Notes under the pieces: generated by a model
What the model was told of the DNA's origin: nothing
What the model saw: only the letters and a program-made list of their open reading frames with translations
Databases searched by the model: none
Virus record (IMG/VR): IMGVR_UViG_3300043409_001318
Coordinates: 32,001 to 96,000 of that record
DNA from: a virus
Reading direction: 5' to 3' (one strand)
DNA length: 64,000 nt
Shown: positions 27,036 to 35,384 of the stretch, one piece after another
Layout of the letters: every line of letters starts with the position of its first letter
How positions within the stretch are numbered: position 1 is the stretch's first letter
Made by a program: the position numbers and the translations under genes

Positions 27036-27053
27036 ACAGATTAAGAGGTTTCT

Positions 27054-27254
27054 ATGAACGACCGAACCCTTTATGAATTCCAAATTGGGGATATTGTAGC
27101 CCATCGCATGAATGAGAATTTGACGGGGATCGTTCTTGAAACCAAATTTCTAAATCATAAAGATAGAGAAATTCTTTATATTTGTTGGTTTGCCGAAGGT
27201 CCAGCATCTAAAAAGCGTTATCCAGCCGCACATATCGTAAAGGTATCGTCGTGA
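27054..27254 (+). CDS. small SH3/KOW-like protein
   Basis: FQIGDIV; ends KVSS. Confidence 0.72.
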   Translation: MNDRTLYEFQIGDIVAHRMNENLTGIVLETKFLNHKDREILYICWFAEGPASKKRYPAAHIVKVSS

Positions 27255-27448
27255 AATATGAAATTGGGGATATTGTAAGATTGAAAGATACTAAGTTAAT
27301 TGGTATTGTTTTAGATTTTCACTTAGAACCAAATTCATCTTCAATTTTTGACGCTCAATCTTATCTTGAAATTCTTTTATTTCATAATAATATTTCCATG
27401 AAATATACATATTTTCCCCATTATGATAATTTTGAGAAGATATCATAA
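27251..27448 (+). CDS. small SH3/KOW-like protein
   Basis: YEIGDIV; ends EKIS. Confidence 0.72.
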   Translation: MKYEIGDIVRLKDTKLIGIVLDFHLEPNSSSIFDAQSYLEILLFHNNISMKYTYFPHYDNFEKIS

Positions 27449-27469
27449 ATTTTTATAGGAGAAACTAAA

Positions 27470-27550
27470 ATGTCTGTTGATCCTTTTTTGATTGTAGTTT
27501 TTTTAGGTTTTTTCTTCGCTATCTATTCTGCTGCGAAACTTCGTCTTTAA
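27470..27550 (+). CDS. 26-aa single-TM micropeptide
   Basis: AGGAG RBS; MSVDPFLIVVFLGFFFAIYSAAKLRL. Confidence 0.55.
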   Translation: MSVDPFLIVVFLGFFFAIYSAAKLRL

Positions 27551-27602
27551 CCCTTGCGCTCTTCCTACAACCCGTTAAGATTAGTTTGAAGAGAGGAAGA
27601 AA

Positions 27603-28223
27603 ATGAAAGGCTATCGTCGTCAGTCTAAATGCTCTTTCTGCTCCACCGTGGGTCATAATCGACGGGGCTGCGAATTATTTAAAAGTTCCAGAAACCAAAT
27701 TGTAGAGAAATATAAGATTTTCCGTGCAAAATGGTGGGAAGCTTACAAAGATCTTCCTTATGGCTATGGAACTATTTACGAACACGCGCTTGGAAGTTAT
27801 TGCCACAACGAAAAAGGACAATGGACCCGTTGCGAAGTTAATAATCTACTTACCGATACCATTGTGGGTATTATGCTTCCAAGCCTTATTAATGAAAGCG
27901 GAAATCTTATTGTTTCGGCTTTTTCTAATATTGAAGATAAAAGTAAGCACAATTATATTGAACTTCCTTTTGTTAAGGGATACATTACGGAATACTCCCG
28001 CAGAATAAACTCTCATGGATTTACTTATTGCGCTTTTCAAGAACCTTTTGAGAAGAATATTCTTTCTTTTGGAGCGACCCTTGCGGAAAGTGTAGACCGG
28101 GATAAGCTGAAGGAGTGGTTGGAAGCCGAAGATCTTCACAAGTCTTATAGGTTTATGGACCCTTCAACTTCTTACGATAATCTTATGGAAGGTTATGGAA
28201 TGAATACTGAAATCGTCGGGTAA
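27603..28223 (+). CDS. CCHC zinc-knuckle protein
   Basis: CSFCSTVGHNRRGC. Confidence 0.8.
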   Translation: MKGYRRQSKCSFCSTVGHNRRGCELFKSSRNQIVEKYKIFRAKWWEAYKDLPYGYGTIYEHALGSYCHNEKGQWTRCEVNNLLTDTIVGIMLPSLINESGNLIVSAFSNIEDKSKHNYIELPFVKGYITEYSRRINSHGFTYCAFQEPFEKNILSFGATLAESVDRDKLKEWLEAEDLHKSYRFMDPSTSYDNLMEGYGMNTEIVG

Positions 28224-28288
28224 AAGAAACTTGAAATCGTCCTTGACGGTGGACTTCAACGGGTTAATAGTAGAAGACAAGGGAGGAA

Positions 28289-29023
28289 ATGATGGGATCG
28301 TGCCGTTTCTGTGGAAGCAAAGGACATAATCGTAATGGTTGCCCCGATGTTGCGGCTCACGCTGCCAGCGGCAAGGCAAAGATCGTAGAAGGACAGGATC
28401 GCTATTCTCTTGATTGGAGGGAGCGTTTCGCGGTTTCTATCCAAGAGAACAAGGCTACCCGTTCTGCTCGTGTATCTACTTCTCCTCGCAAGTGTTCCTA
28501 TTGCTCCGTAGCGGGTCATACGCGCGCAACCTGCACTACTCTTGTTGAGGATCGGCAAGCAGCTTTCAATCACGAAAAGACGTTCCGCACTAATTTTGTG
28601 AATTGGGTTGCTAATAGCGGAATTGGTATTGGAACAATTCTAACTCGTCAAATGTGGGATAATACAGAGTTTTCGCTGCTTGTGCTTGGTGTGGATTACA
28701 AAACAATCAATATTTTGAATACTCATGGAAGTAATGTTATTCGCGCGCAGTATCTTAATCGTGTTGGTTGGGAAAATGAGGTAGGAAATTACAATATTGC
28801 TCCAATTAAATCTTTTGGGTTTGAAATTTCCGCTCCTGCTTCTTCCGTTCCTGTTCCCGAAAGTTTCCTAAATGAAGAAGTAATTAAGAATTTGGTTGAT
28901 GGTTGGTTTGATGGAAAAAGCACGCGCTCTTCTCGTTGGGATAATTATAACGCTGGTTGTTTCCGCGTAGGTCGGCCCGATCTTACGGATTTGAGCGAGA
29001 AGGCAAAGATTTACGCAGTTTAG
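28289..29023 (+). CDS. double CCHC zinc-knuckle protein
   Basis: CRFCGSKGHNRNGC and CSYCSVAGHTRATC. Confidence 0.85.
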   Translation: MMGSCRFCGSKGHNRNGCPDVAAHAASGKAKIVEGQDRYSLDWRERFAVSIQENKATRSARVSTSPRKCSYCSVAGHTRATCTTLVEDRQAAFNHEKTFRTNFVNWVANSGIGIGTILTRQMWDNTEFSLLVLGVDYKTINILNTHGSNVIRAQYLNRVGWENEVGNYNIAPIKSFGFEISAPASSVPVPESFLNEEVIKNLVDGWFDGKSTRSSRWDNYNAGCFRVGRPDLTDLSEKAKIYAV

Positions 29024-29086
29024 AAATTATTTAGCCCTCCTTGACTTCCGGGTCTTGGAGGGCTAATCATTAGTGGGAGACGAAAA

Positions 29087-29299
29087 ATGAAGTTCGATGT
29101 TGAAGAAGCAATTGAAGAAATCCTTGTCGAAGGTTTTAGCGAGGGAGATCTTTTGCGAGCGGTCCTTGCAGTTCTTCCAAAAAGTGATATTGCTGAAATT
29201 CTAAATTCAGCCGAAGAACACCTTTTTGCTGGTAAGGAAGAAGAGGAAGAAGATTGGGATAGCGACGAAGATCAAATTGACGAGGAAGAAGAATTCTAA
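29087..29299 (+). CDS. highly acidic small protein
   Basis: D/E-rich tail; paralogue of 31938. Confidence 0.75.
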   Translation: MKFDVEEAIEEILVEGFSEGDLLRAVLAVLPKSDIAEILNSAEEHLFAGKEEEEEDWDSDEDQIDEEEEF

Positions 29300-29490
29300 T
29301 GCTTAACGTCGGAGATCTTGTTGAAGTAATTTACAGGCAAAATAAACCTGCGATCATAATCTCCATTTTTAAGGAAAGAGACAATAAAGATAAATTTAAA
29401 GAACTGAAAACTTATTATGTCGTTAAACATTTTGAGGATGAAGGAACAGGAGAATGGTTGGAAACTTCGCTCCGACGCTTGACGGCTTGA
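29299..29490 (+). CDS. small SH3/KOW-like protein
   Basis: MLNVGDLV. Confidence 0.72.
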   Translation: MLNVGDLVEVIYRQNKPAIIISIFKERDNKDKFKELKTYYVVKHFEDEGTGEWLETSLRRLTA

Positions 29491-29527
29491 AAGCACAAGG
29501 ATAAGGTATAAGCATCGGAGGAAAGAA

Positions 29528-29824
29528 ATGGCTGGTGAAAGACTTTGCGGGAATTGTGGTGAGCCTAACCATAACCGGCGCACTTGTAAAAACCTCGCAA
29601 AAGCTCCAGCCGTAAGGGAGGTCGCCCCTTTTCCCCAAATCCCTGCTATTCCTTTTAAGCAGGTTGAACGGGTAGAATATGAGGGTGACCTCCCGATAGT
29701 CGATATGACGCCTTGCCTTCTTCGACTAAAAGGTTATACCCAAATCTGTTCGGGGTCGTTCCGTATGACCGTTCCCGATGATACCACCTTCGATCAAATC
29801 TCTAACTATGTCTTTTGGAGATAA
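29528..29824 (+). CDS. CCHC zinc-knuckle protein
   Basis: CGNCGEPNHNRRTC. Confidence 0.8.
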   Translation: MAGERLCGNCGEPNHNRRTCKNLAKAPAVREVAPFPQIPAIPFKQVERVEYEGDLPIVDMTPCLLRLKGYTQICSGSFRMTVPDDTTFDQISNYVFWR

Positions 29825-29825
29825 T

Positions 29826-30044
29826 ATGCGAGAATACCAGCGGTTCAACCTTGGAGATATTGTCAAGCATAAGTATCAAAATAATCATGGTTATATTTTT
29901 AAGGTTCATAGTCCATATTATGCCGTGCTTAACCCTCACAACGAAGCTTATACGGTTATATGGTTTAACGAAGACCTTAACGACCGTCTAAGGTATGGAT
30001 ACGATCAAATCGAACTTGGCGATATTATCGTAAAGGTGTCCTAA
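29826..30044 (+). CDS. small SH3/KOW-like protein
   Basis: FNLGDIV; ends KVS; start at ATG 29826. Confidence 0.72.
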   Translation: MREYQRFNLGDIVKHKYQNNHGYIFKVHSPYYAVLNPHNEAYTVIWFNEDLNDRLRYGYDQIELGDIIVKVS

Positions 30045-30235
30045 TGTTCCAAATCGGTGATATTGTTGAACTTTATAACTCCGAAGAAGATAAAGTTCAT
30101 ACAGGTATGATATCTTCCAATATTATGGCTTCTACTTGGCATGATGAAGAAGAAGAATATTATAAAGTTGTTTGGTTTGATGAAAAAAATTCCTTGACGG
30201 AAGAACATTATTCTAATCTTGAAAAGGTATCCTAA
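30044..30235 (+). CDS. small SH3/KOW-like protein
   Basis: MFQIGDIV; ends KVS. Confidence 0.75.
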   Translation: MFQIGDIVELYNSEEDKVHTGMISSNIMASTWHDEEEEYYKVVWFDEKNSLTEEHYSNLEKVS

Positions 30236-30393
30236 TGCTCCAAATTGGCGATATCGTAAATTTTAGTTATCTTACGGGTTTTGTAGTAAAACTTGACAAA
30301 GATCATTTTTGGATTAAGTGGTTTGATCTGGAAGAAGAATATGCTTATCATCTTTCCCAAGAAACACTTTTTCTAATCAAAAAGGTATCGTAA
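30235..30393 (+). CDS. 52-aa SH3/KOW-like protein (not in track)
   Basis: MLQIGDIV...KKVS; TAATG at both ends. Confidence 0.75.
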   Translation: MLQIGDIVNFSYLTGFVVKLDKDHFWIKWFDLEEEYAYHLSQETLFLIKKVS

Positions 30394-30563
30394 TGTTTCA
30401 AATTGGTGATATTGTAATGATGGAGGAAGATAAACAAGAGGGAGAAATTTACGGATATGTGACCGAATTTGAAGAAGAAACCCTTTATCTTTGCGTTTCT
30501 TGGTTTGACGGGCAAAAAAGCATAGAATTCCCTAATCATGTGAAAAAGGTAGAAAATGGCTAA
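30393..30563 (+). CDS. 56-aa SH3/KOW-like protein (not in track)
   Basis: MFQIGDIV. Confidence 0.75.
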   Translation: MFQIGDIVMMEEDKQEGEIYGYVTEFEEETLYLCVSWFDGQKSIEFPNHVKKVENG

Positions 30564-30804
30564 ACTTCCCGATTACATCGACAAAACCGATAAACGTGCT
30601 ATTGCTGAATACTTCATAAAGCAACGAGAACTTCAAGAATATGAGAAATATTATCTTGAAGCAATAAATAATCTTGAAAAGCCATATATCGACCTTTATG
30701 GAGATTTTAACCGGTATACTACCGAAATTGGGGATCATCTTATCTCGCAAGGCTGGAAGGTTGAGAATATAGCCCTTCTTACTTGGAGAATTTGGAAACC
30801 TTGA
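30556..30804 (+). CDS. hypothetical protein
   Basis: AAGG RBS; overlap. Confidence 0.7.
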   Translation: MAKLPDYIDKTDKRAIAEYFIKQRELQEYEKYYLEAINNLEKPYIDLYGDFNRYTTEIGDHLISQGWKVENIALLTWRIWKP

Positions 30805-30860
30805 AAAGTTCCTTGACGCTTTAGAACAACAGGTTAAGTAGAAAACCCCAAGGAGAACAA

Positions 30861-31016
30861 ATGACCGACCTTTTCATGGAAATCCTCAACCCTACGCTTG
30901 AACCTGTTTCCTCCGATTATCAGTTGACGGACGAAGAAGCAGATGCTATGGTGAATGATGATGATGCCCTGCTAATCTTCGCTGCTTCTGTCTACCCTCA
31001 CATTTTGTGGAATTAA
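30861..31016 (+). CDS. 51-aa acidic protein
   Basis: Promoter at 30813 and AAGGAG RBS. Confidence 0.65.
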   Translation: MTDLFMEILNPTLEPVSSDYQLTDEEADAMVNDDDALLIFAASVYPHILWN

Positions 31017-31041
31017 ACTAACAACTTTTTTTGGAGTTAAA

Positions 31042-31176
31042 ATGTCTGCTATCGAACGCTATTATTCTACACTTTCTCCTATGGGACCGTGGTGCGCTGA
31101 AGATGAAGATGATACTACCCCTATGAGCGAGGAAGAAATCGCTATTGCCTATGAAGTAGCGATGCAAGACTTCTAA
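31042..31176 (+). CDS. 44-aa acidic protein
   Basis: GGAG RBS. Confidence 0.6.
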   Translation: MSAIERYYSTLSPMGPWCAEDEDDTTPMSEEEIAIAYEVAMQDF

Positions 31177-31279
31177 ATGAAAAATCCACCTAATTCAACG
31201 GGGCCTCCCTAACTTTCTTGAGTTTAGCCCTTGCACCCTTTCAGCAACCCGTTAAGAGGAAGAAGAGGAGAAAAGAGAA

Positions 31280-31519
31280 ATGTGGACGAGAAAGCAAATT
31301 GAGACTATGCTTCAACAGGACGGAGCGGTCAATCAAGCCGTTATATCCCTTGCGAGGAACGTCGATCTTCTTCCCGAAAAGACCCGTTCTTACGTTATTA
31401 ATTGGGGAAATTGGGTAGCAAGCGGCAAAACCCTTAGCGGGAAGCACCTTGTAAACGCCCGTCGAACTTGCATTTTCAACTCCAAGACCCTTACCGCAAT
31501 CGCAAATAAGGAGGTTTAA
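31280..31519 (+). CDS. hypothetical protein
   Basis: Promoter cassette (CTTGCA variant) and GAGGAG RBS. Confidence 0.75.
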   Translation: MWTRKQIETMLQQDGAVNQAVISLARNVDLLPEKTRSYVINWGNWVASGKTLSGKHLVNARRTCIFNSKTLTAIANKEV

Positions 31520-31520
31520 T

Positions 31521-31655
31521 ATGGATAATTGGGAAGAGCAGAAAAAGAAAGATATTGAATTCATGGATAAGCTTACTTTTGTCCTTGCTTCTGCCGCAAG
31601 TTGCTATATAGTCTTTTACTTTATCCCTATGGTTATCCATAAGATTTTCTTCTAA
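31521..31655 (+). CDS. 44-aa single-TM protein
   Basis: AAGGAGG RBS. Confidence 0.6.
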   Translation: MDNWEEQKKKDIEFMDKLTFVLASAASCYIVFYFIPMVIHKIFF

Positions 31656-31711
31656 AAGTTCCTTGACGCTCTTTGTAGATCGGTTAATCTCTAAAACGAA
31701 GGAGAAAGAAA

Positions 31712-31867
31712 ATGTTCATCGTCGCGGTTCACGATTGGAATACTAACGAGGTCAAATACGCTGGTCCCTTTGACTTCGTAAACGCTGCTATAGTATGGAT
31801 TGACGAGCAAGCAAAAAACGATAACGAAGATATTGATTACGAGATTTGCCCGCTTAAGGCTCCGTAG
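31712..31867 (+). CDS. 51-aa hypothetical protein
   Basis: Promoter at 31663 and AAGGAG RBS. Confidence 0.65.
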   Translation: MFIVAVHDWNTNEVKYAGPFDFVNAAIVWIDEQAKNDNEDIDYEICPLKAP

Positions 31868-31937
31868 TTCAAAAATCTTGAAAACTTCCTTGACGGCTCC
31901 CCGAAACGCATTAAGTGGATGAAGAAGGAGAAAGAAA

Positions 31938-32147
31938 ATGGCTGGTAATTCTGCTTGGGTCCGCATGGAACGGCTTCTTGAGATTGGTTTTACTCACGAA
32001 AAGCTGCTTGAAGAGATTATGCACGCTCTTTCTGCTGCTGAAGCTGAAGATATTTTCGACCATATTGAGCGTATGCACGATATCGGGGAAGAAGAAGAAG
32101 AAGAAGAAGAAGAAGAAGAAGATTGGATTTGTGAAGGAACGCCTTGA
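31938..32147 (+). CDS. acidic small protein with poly-Glu (E11)
   Basis: (GAA)11 at 32088-32120; promoter at 31890. Confidence 0.75.
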   Translation: MAGNSAWVRMERLLEIGFTHEKLLEEIMHALSAAEAEDIFDHIERMHDIGEEEEEEEEEEEDWICEGTP

Positions 32148-32196
32148 CGCTCTCTCTAAACTGATTAAGTAGAAGAAGAAGGAGAAAGAAAATGAC
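32142..32196 (+). repeat. 55-bp promoter+RBS cassette, copy 2
   Basis: 54/55 identical to 18298-18352. Confidence 0.95.
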
Positions 32197-32374
32197 GGTC
32201 GCTCAGCTTCGTGCGCTTCTCGCTAATCTTCCCGATGATATGCGGATCGCTCTTTCCTATGAGGGTTCGGTATCTACGTTCATTTCTGGTTATACCTGCT
32301 TTGAAGATGAACGCGGCAACGAGATTAGCGAAAGTGAGGCTACGTCAAGCGATTTTCTCGTTTTTGTTGAATGA
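32192..32374 (+). CDS. small hypothetical protein
   Basis: MTVAQLRALLANLPDDMRI, a common phage small-protein start. Confidence 0.75.
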   Translation: MTVAQLRALLANLPDDMRIALSYEGSVSTFISGYTCFEDERGNEISESEATSSDFLVFVE

Positions 32375-32395
32375 AAGAAAGAGGAAAGAAAATGA

Positions 32396-32632
32396 TTGAC
32401 GGACTTAGAGGTAATGGTTAATTGAAAGGGGCTGGAGAGAAAACCAGCAAGAAGAAGAAAAGAGAAAAAGACCCTTGACGAAGTTTGAGGGTCGGTTAAG
32501 AAGAAAAGGACAACGTGAGGATTGAAAGCCCCTCACCAAAGAAAAAAGGTCAAGGCGGAAAGTTGAGAAACTTCCTTGACGCTCAGCCAAGAAAGGTTAA
32601 GTAGAAAGGGCTGGAGGGAATGGTTCCCAAAG
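32396..32632 (+). promoter_or_regulatory. three tandem early promoters with hairpin leaders
   Basis: TTGACG at 32396, 32475 and 32576, each followed by GGTTAA. Confidence 0.7.
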
Positions 32633-32665
32633 GCTCAGCAACTCAAAGTCGATACGAGGTTCACA

Positions 32666-33088
32666 ATGGCCCGCGCGAACACCCCCTCTACCTACGCTTG
32701 TGGTTCCTGCAACGAGTTCGGCCACAACAAGCGCACCTGCCCTGCTCTTGGTCTTGTCGCAAAGGCTAAGCCTGTCAAGAAGCCCCGTGCGAAGAAGGTT
32801 GTTGAGGAAACGGTGACCGCTCCCGCTATCCCGCTCGCAACCGTGGAAGAGATTGAGGCTCTTCACGCGATGGTTGAAGCTCTTGTTGCCGCCGATGCGG
32901 AGCAGGACGAGGTTAGCGAGGTTGAGGAAGAGATTGAGCCTACCGACGAAGAGCTTAGCGAGATCGAAATTGCGGAGGTTGATGCTGCCTTTGAGGCTGA
33001 GACTGAGGAAGAGACTTTCGATGCCTCCGACGTTACCGACGAAGAGGCCGATGCTTTCCTCGATCAGTATGCTGCGCTCTTCGCCTAA
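32666..33088 (+). CDS. CCHC zinc-knuckle protein with long acidic tail
   Basis: CGSCNEFGHNKRTC; start moved to ATG 32666. Confidence 0.85.
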   Translation: MARANTPSTYACGSCNEFGHNKRTCPALGLVAKAKPVKKPRAKKVVEETVTAPAIPLATVEEIEALHAMVEALVAADAEQDEVSEVEEEIEPTDEELSEIEIAEVDAAFEAETEEETFDASDVTDEEADAFLDQYAALFA

Positions 33089-33103
33089 AAGTTGAGAGAT
33101 ATT

Positions 33104-33146
33104 AAGAGGTTGGAGGTTCAAAAGGCTTCCAGCCTCTTTTTCTTTT
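33104..33146 (+). terminator. intrinsic terminator
   Basis: AAGAGGTTGGAGG/CTTCCAGCCTCTT stem plus T tract. Confidence 0.8.
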
Positions 33147-33203
33147 AGTGAGAGAGGAATTATCAAGTTCCCTCCAAGGTTTTTACAAATCTTCAAAGCC
33201 TCC

Positions 33204-33355
33204 TTGACGGTCTTTGAGGAGGGGTTAAGAAGAAAGGGTGAGGGTCGAAACCCCTCAGCAAGTTCCAAAGAGGGTCGAAAGGAAATCTTCAAAAGACCCT
33301 TGCGCCCCTTTGAGGAACGGTTAAGTAGAAAGTGTGGAGGGAATGGTTCCCAAAG
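33204..33355 (+). promoter_or_regulatory. two tandem early promoters with hairpin leaders
   Basis: TTGACG 33204 and TTGCGC 33300; 21-nt leader identical to 32612-32632. Confidence 0.7.
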
Positions 33356-33384
33356 CAAAACCCGCAATCAAGGTAATTCACCAA

Positions 33385-34470
33385 ATGGCTATCGACTTCA
33401 AGACCTTCCTTTCTATCGTTCCTTACGTTCTTGATGTGCGTAAGCCTGTTCTCATTCGCGGTCGCCACGGTATCGGCAAGAGCGAGGTTATCTATCAGAT
33501 CGCCCGTGAGCTTGGTCTGCCGGTGGTCGAACGTCGTGTTTCGCAAATGACTGAGGGTGACCTTCTTGGTATGCCTTCCGCTATCGGCGTGGAGATTGGC
33601 GGCAAGCGTGCGACTACTTGGGACGCTCCCGATTGGCTTCTTACCGCTTGTGCTCAGCCCGTCGTGATGTTCCTTGACGAAGTGGATCGCGGAACTACGG
33701 AGGTTCGACAGGGCATTTTTGAGCTTACTGATAGCCGCAAGATTGCCGGTGTCACGCTTCACCCCGGAACGCTGATTATTGCCGCTGTAAACGGAGGAAA
33801 TCACGGGTCGCAATACCAAGTTGGTGAAATGGACCCTGCTGAGCTTGACCGCTGGACTGCTTTTGACCTTGAGCCTACCGTAGAGGATTGGCTTACTTGG
33901 GCTAAGGACAACACCCACGGGCTTGTTTGGGACTTTATCAACCAAAATCGCAAGGATCTTGAGCACGGTGGCGATTTTGAGCCTAATAAGAAGTATCCTT
34001 CTCGTCGTTCGTGGAAGCGGTTGAATGATTGTCTCGTCGCTGGCAAGCTTACGACGGACGCGGCTACCAAGGCTTCAATCATTTACAACCTCGCTTGTGG
34101 ATTTGTGGGCTTTGAAGCGGCAGTTAAGCTCAAGTCTCACGTTGAAAACTACAAGGAGCAGGTTACCGTCGAAGATATCCTTGACGCTGGAAAGGTGAGC
34201 AAGACTAAGGACTTCACGGTTACCGATCACGCTGCGCTGGTCGAAAAGATCGCTCAGTCGGATCGTCTTAAGGTCGCTCTTGACGCTAAGATCCTGAAGA
34301 ACCTTGGTGCATATTGGCTTACCGTCCCCTCTGAGGTAAGCATGAAGCTCTACACGGAAGTTGGTCGTCAGTTCGTAAAGAACGCAGTTGCTATGCACGC
34401 AATTGAGATTGACGGCGTGAAGCTTGGTGGGCACCTTGCCGCGATGCTTGGAGCCAACCGCAACAAGTAG
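33385..34470 (+). CDS. MoxR-family AAA+ ATPase
   Basis: GRHGIGKS Walker A, FLDEVDR Walker B, MDPAELDRW, PSRRSW. Confidence 0.92.
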   Translation: MAIDFKTFLSIVPYVLDVRKPVLIRGRHGIGKSEVIYQIARELGLPVVERRVSQMTEGDLLGMPSAIGVEIGGKRATTWDAPDWLLTACAQPVVMFLDEVDRGTTEVRQGIFELTDSRKIAGVTLHPGTLIIAAVNGGNHGSQYQVGEMDPAELDRWTAFDLEPTVEDWLTWAKDNTHGLVWDFINQNRKDLEHGGDFEPNKKYPSRRSWKRLNDCLVAGKLTTDAATKASIIYNLACGFVGFEAAVKLKSHVENYKEQVTVEDILDAGKVSKTKDFTVTDHAALVEKIAQSDRLKVALDAKILKNLGAYWLTVPSEVSMKLYTEVGRQFVKNAVAMHAIEIDGVKLGGHLAAMLGANRNK

Positions 34471-34485
34471 TCGATAATCCCCATT

Positions 34486-34524
34486 AAACCCTCGCTTTTC
34501 CTTCGGGATTAGCGGGGGTTTTCT
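34486..34524 (+). terminator. intrinsic terminator
   Basis: AAACCCTCGCT/AGCGGGGGTTT stem. Confidence 0.75.
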
Positions 34525-34529
34525 GCTTT

Positions 34530-35095
34530 TAATCCGCAAATTTCAAGGGCATTTCAGTTCTTGGAATGTGAAATGTGAAAGCCTTACGGGTGAGGTTCAA
34601 GGGGCACCAGCAAGACCCCCGTTAGACCCTCTTGGAACGCTTATGAGCCCCGAAGAGCACAAGGGGTAGGGGCGAGTAGGAGCGAGGAAGAAGAAGCCCC
34701 ATATCGCAATAGGTTTAGCAAGTAGTTTTGGACCAACGCGCAACCTCTTTTAGAAGAAAAAGATCAGATAAAGCCCTTGACAAACCAAACTAAACTTTTG
34801 GTTTAGGTTCGTTATTGTAAAAAGCTTGTGAAGCCTCTTGACTTTTAGAAGATACAAAATGTCGTTAGTTCTCCACAAGTAACGCAAGATCGGAACACCC
34901 TTCCAGCCTGCCCCGTGGAGGAACCTGTAAGACCTCCGCTAAGGGCTATGGGAACGCTTATGGGAGCGATGAAGGGCAAAGGGTAGGGTAAGGTGGCTCT
35001 CCAAGGTCCACGAGGCTCATAAGCGAAATGGTGATGTTGAGAGAAGTTGGTGGGCTGTCAAGGGTAAAGAAGAAGAAAGTTGAAGAAAGTTTCTC
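34530..35095. other. GC-rich ORF-poor region with direct and inverted repeats
   Basis: GGAACGCTTATG twice (34634, 34951); CGCTTATGAGCC/GGCTCATAAGCG inverted pair (34638, 35014). Confidence 0.6.
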
Positions 35096-35148
35096 CTTGA
35101 CGATCAAGGTGGACCCGTTAAGAAGAGTGCGAAGGAGAAAGAAAGAAA

Positions 35149-35325
35149 ATGGCAAAGCTCATCGGCATCTACCTCATCGCGGTTTCTCACCTTTCCAACA
35201 TCGTGCCCCTTGCAGTTCCCGAAGGCGAGGTTAGTGGAGGTGGCGCGGAGATCGAAGCGGTTTACCTTCCTGCTGGTTTCACCGGTCCTATCGTCGCTGC
35301 TCCTTTTGATGTCAAGGTCTTTTAA
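35149..35325 (+). CDS. 58-aa hypothetical protein (not in track)
   Basis: Promoter at 35097 and AAGGAG RBS. Confidence 0.7.
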   Translation: MAKLIGIYLIAVSHLSNIVPLAVPEGEVSGGGAEIEAVYLPAGFTGPIVAAPFDVKVF

Positions 35326-35384
35326 GAAATAAAAAGTCCTTGCTCTTATCCACCAACCTGTTAATAGGAAGAAGAGGAGGGAAG

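Noticed and set aside
15563-33384. Long N-terminal extensions in the track (15563, 32576, 33334, 35340, 45314, 5048)
   Set aside because: They run through promoter boxes or leaders; downstream ATGs with an RBS or family-typical starts fit better.
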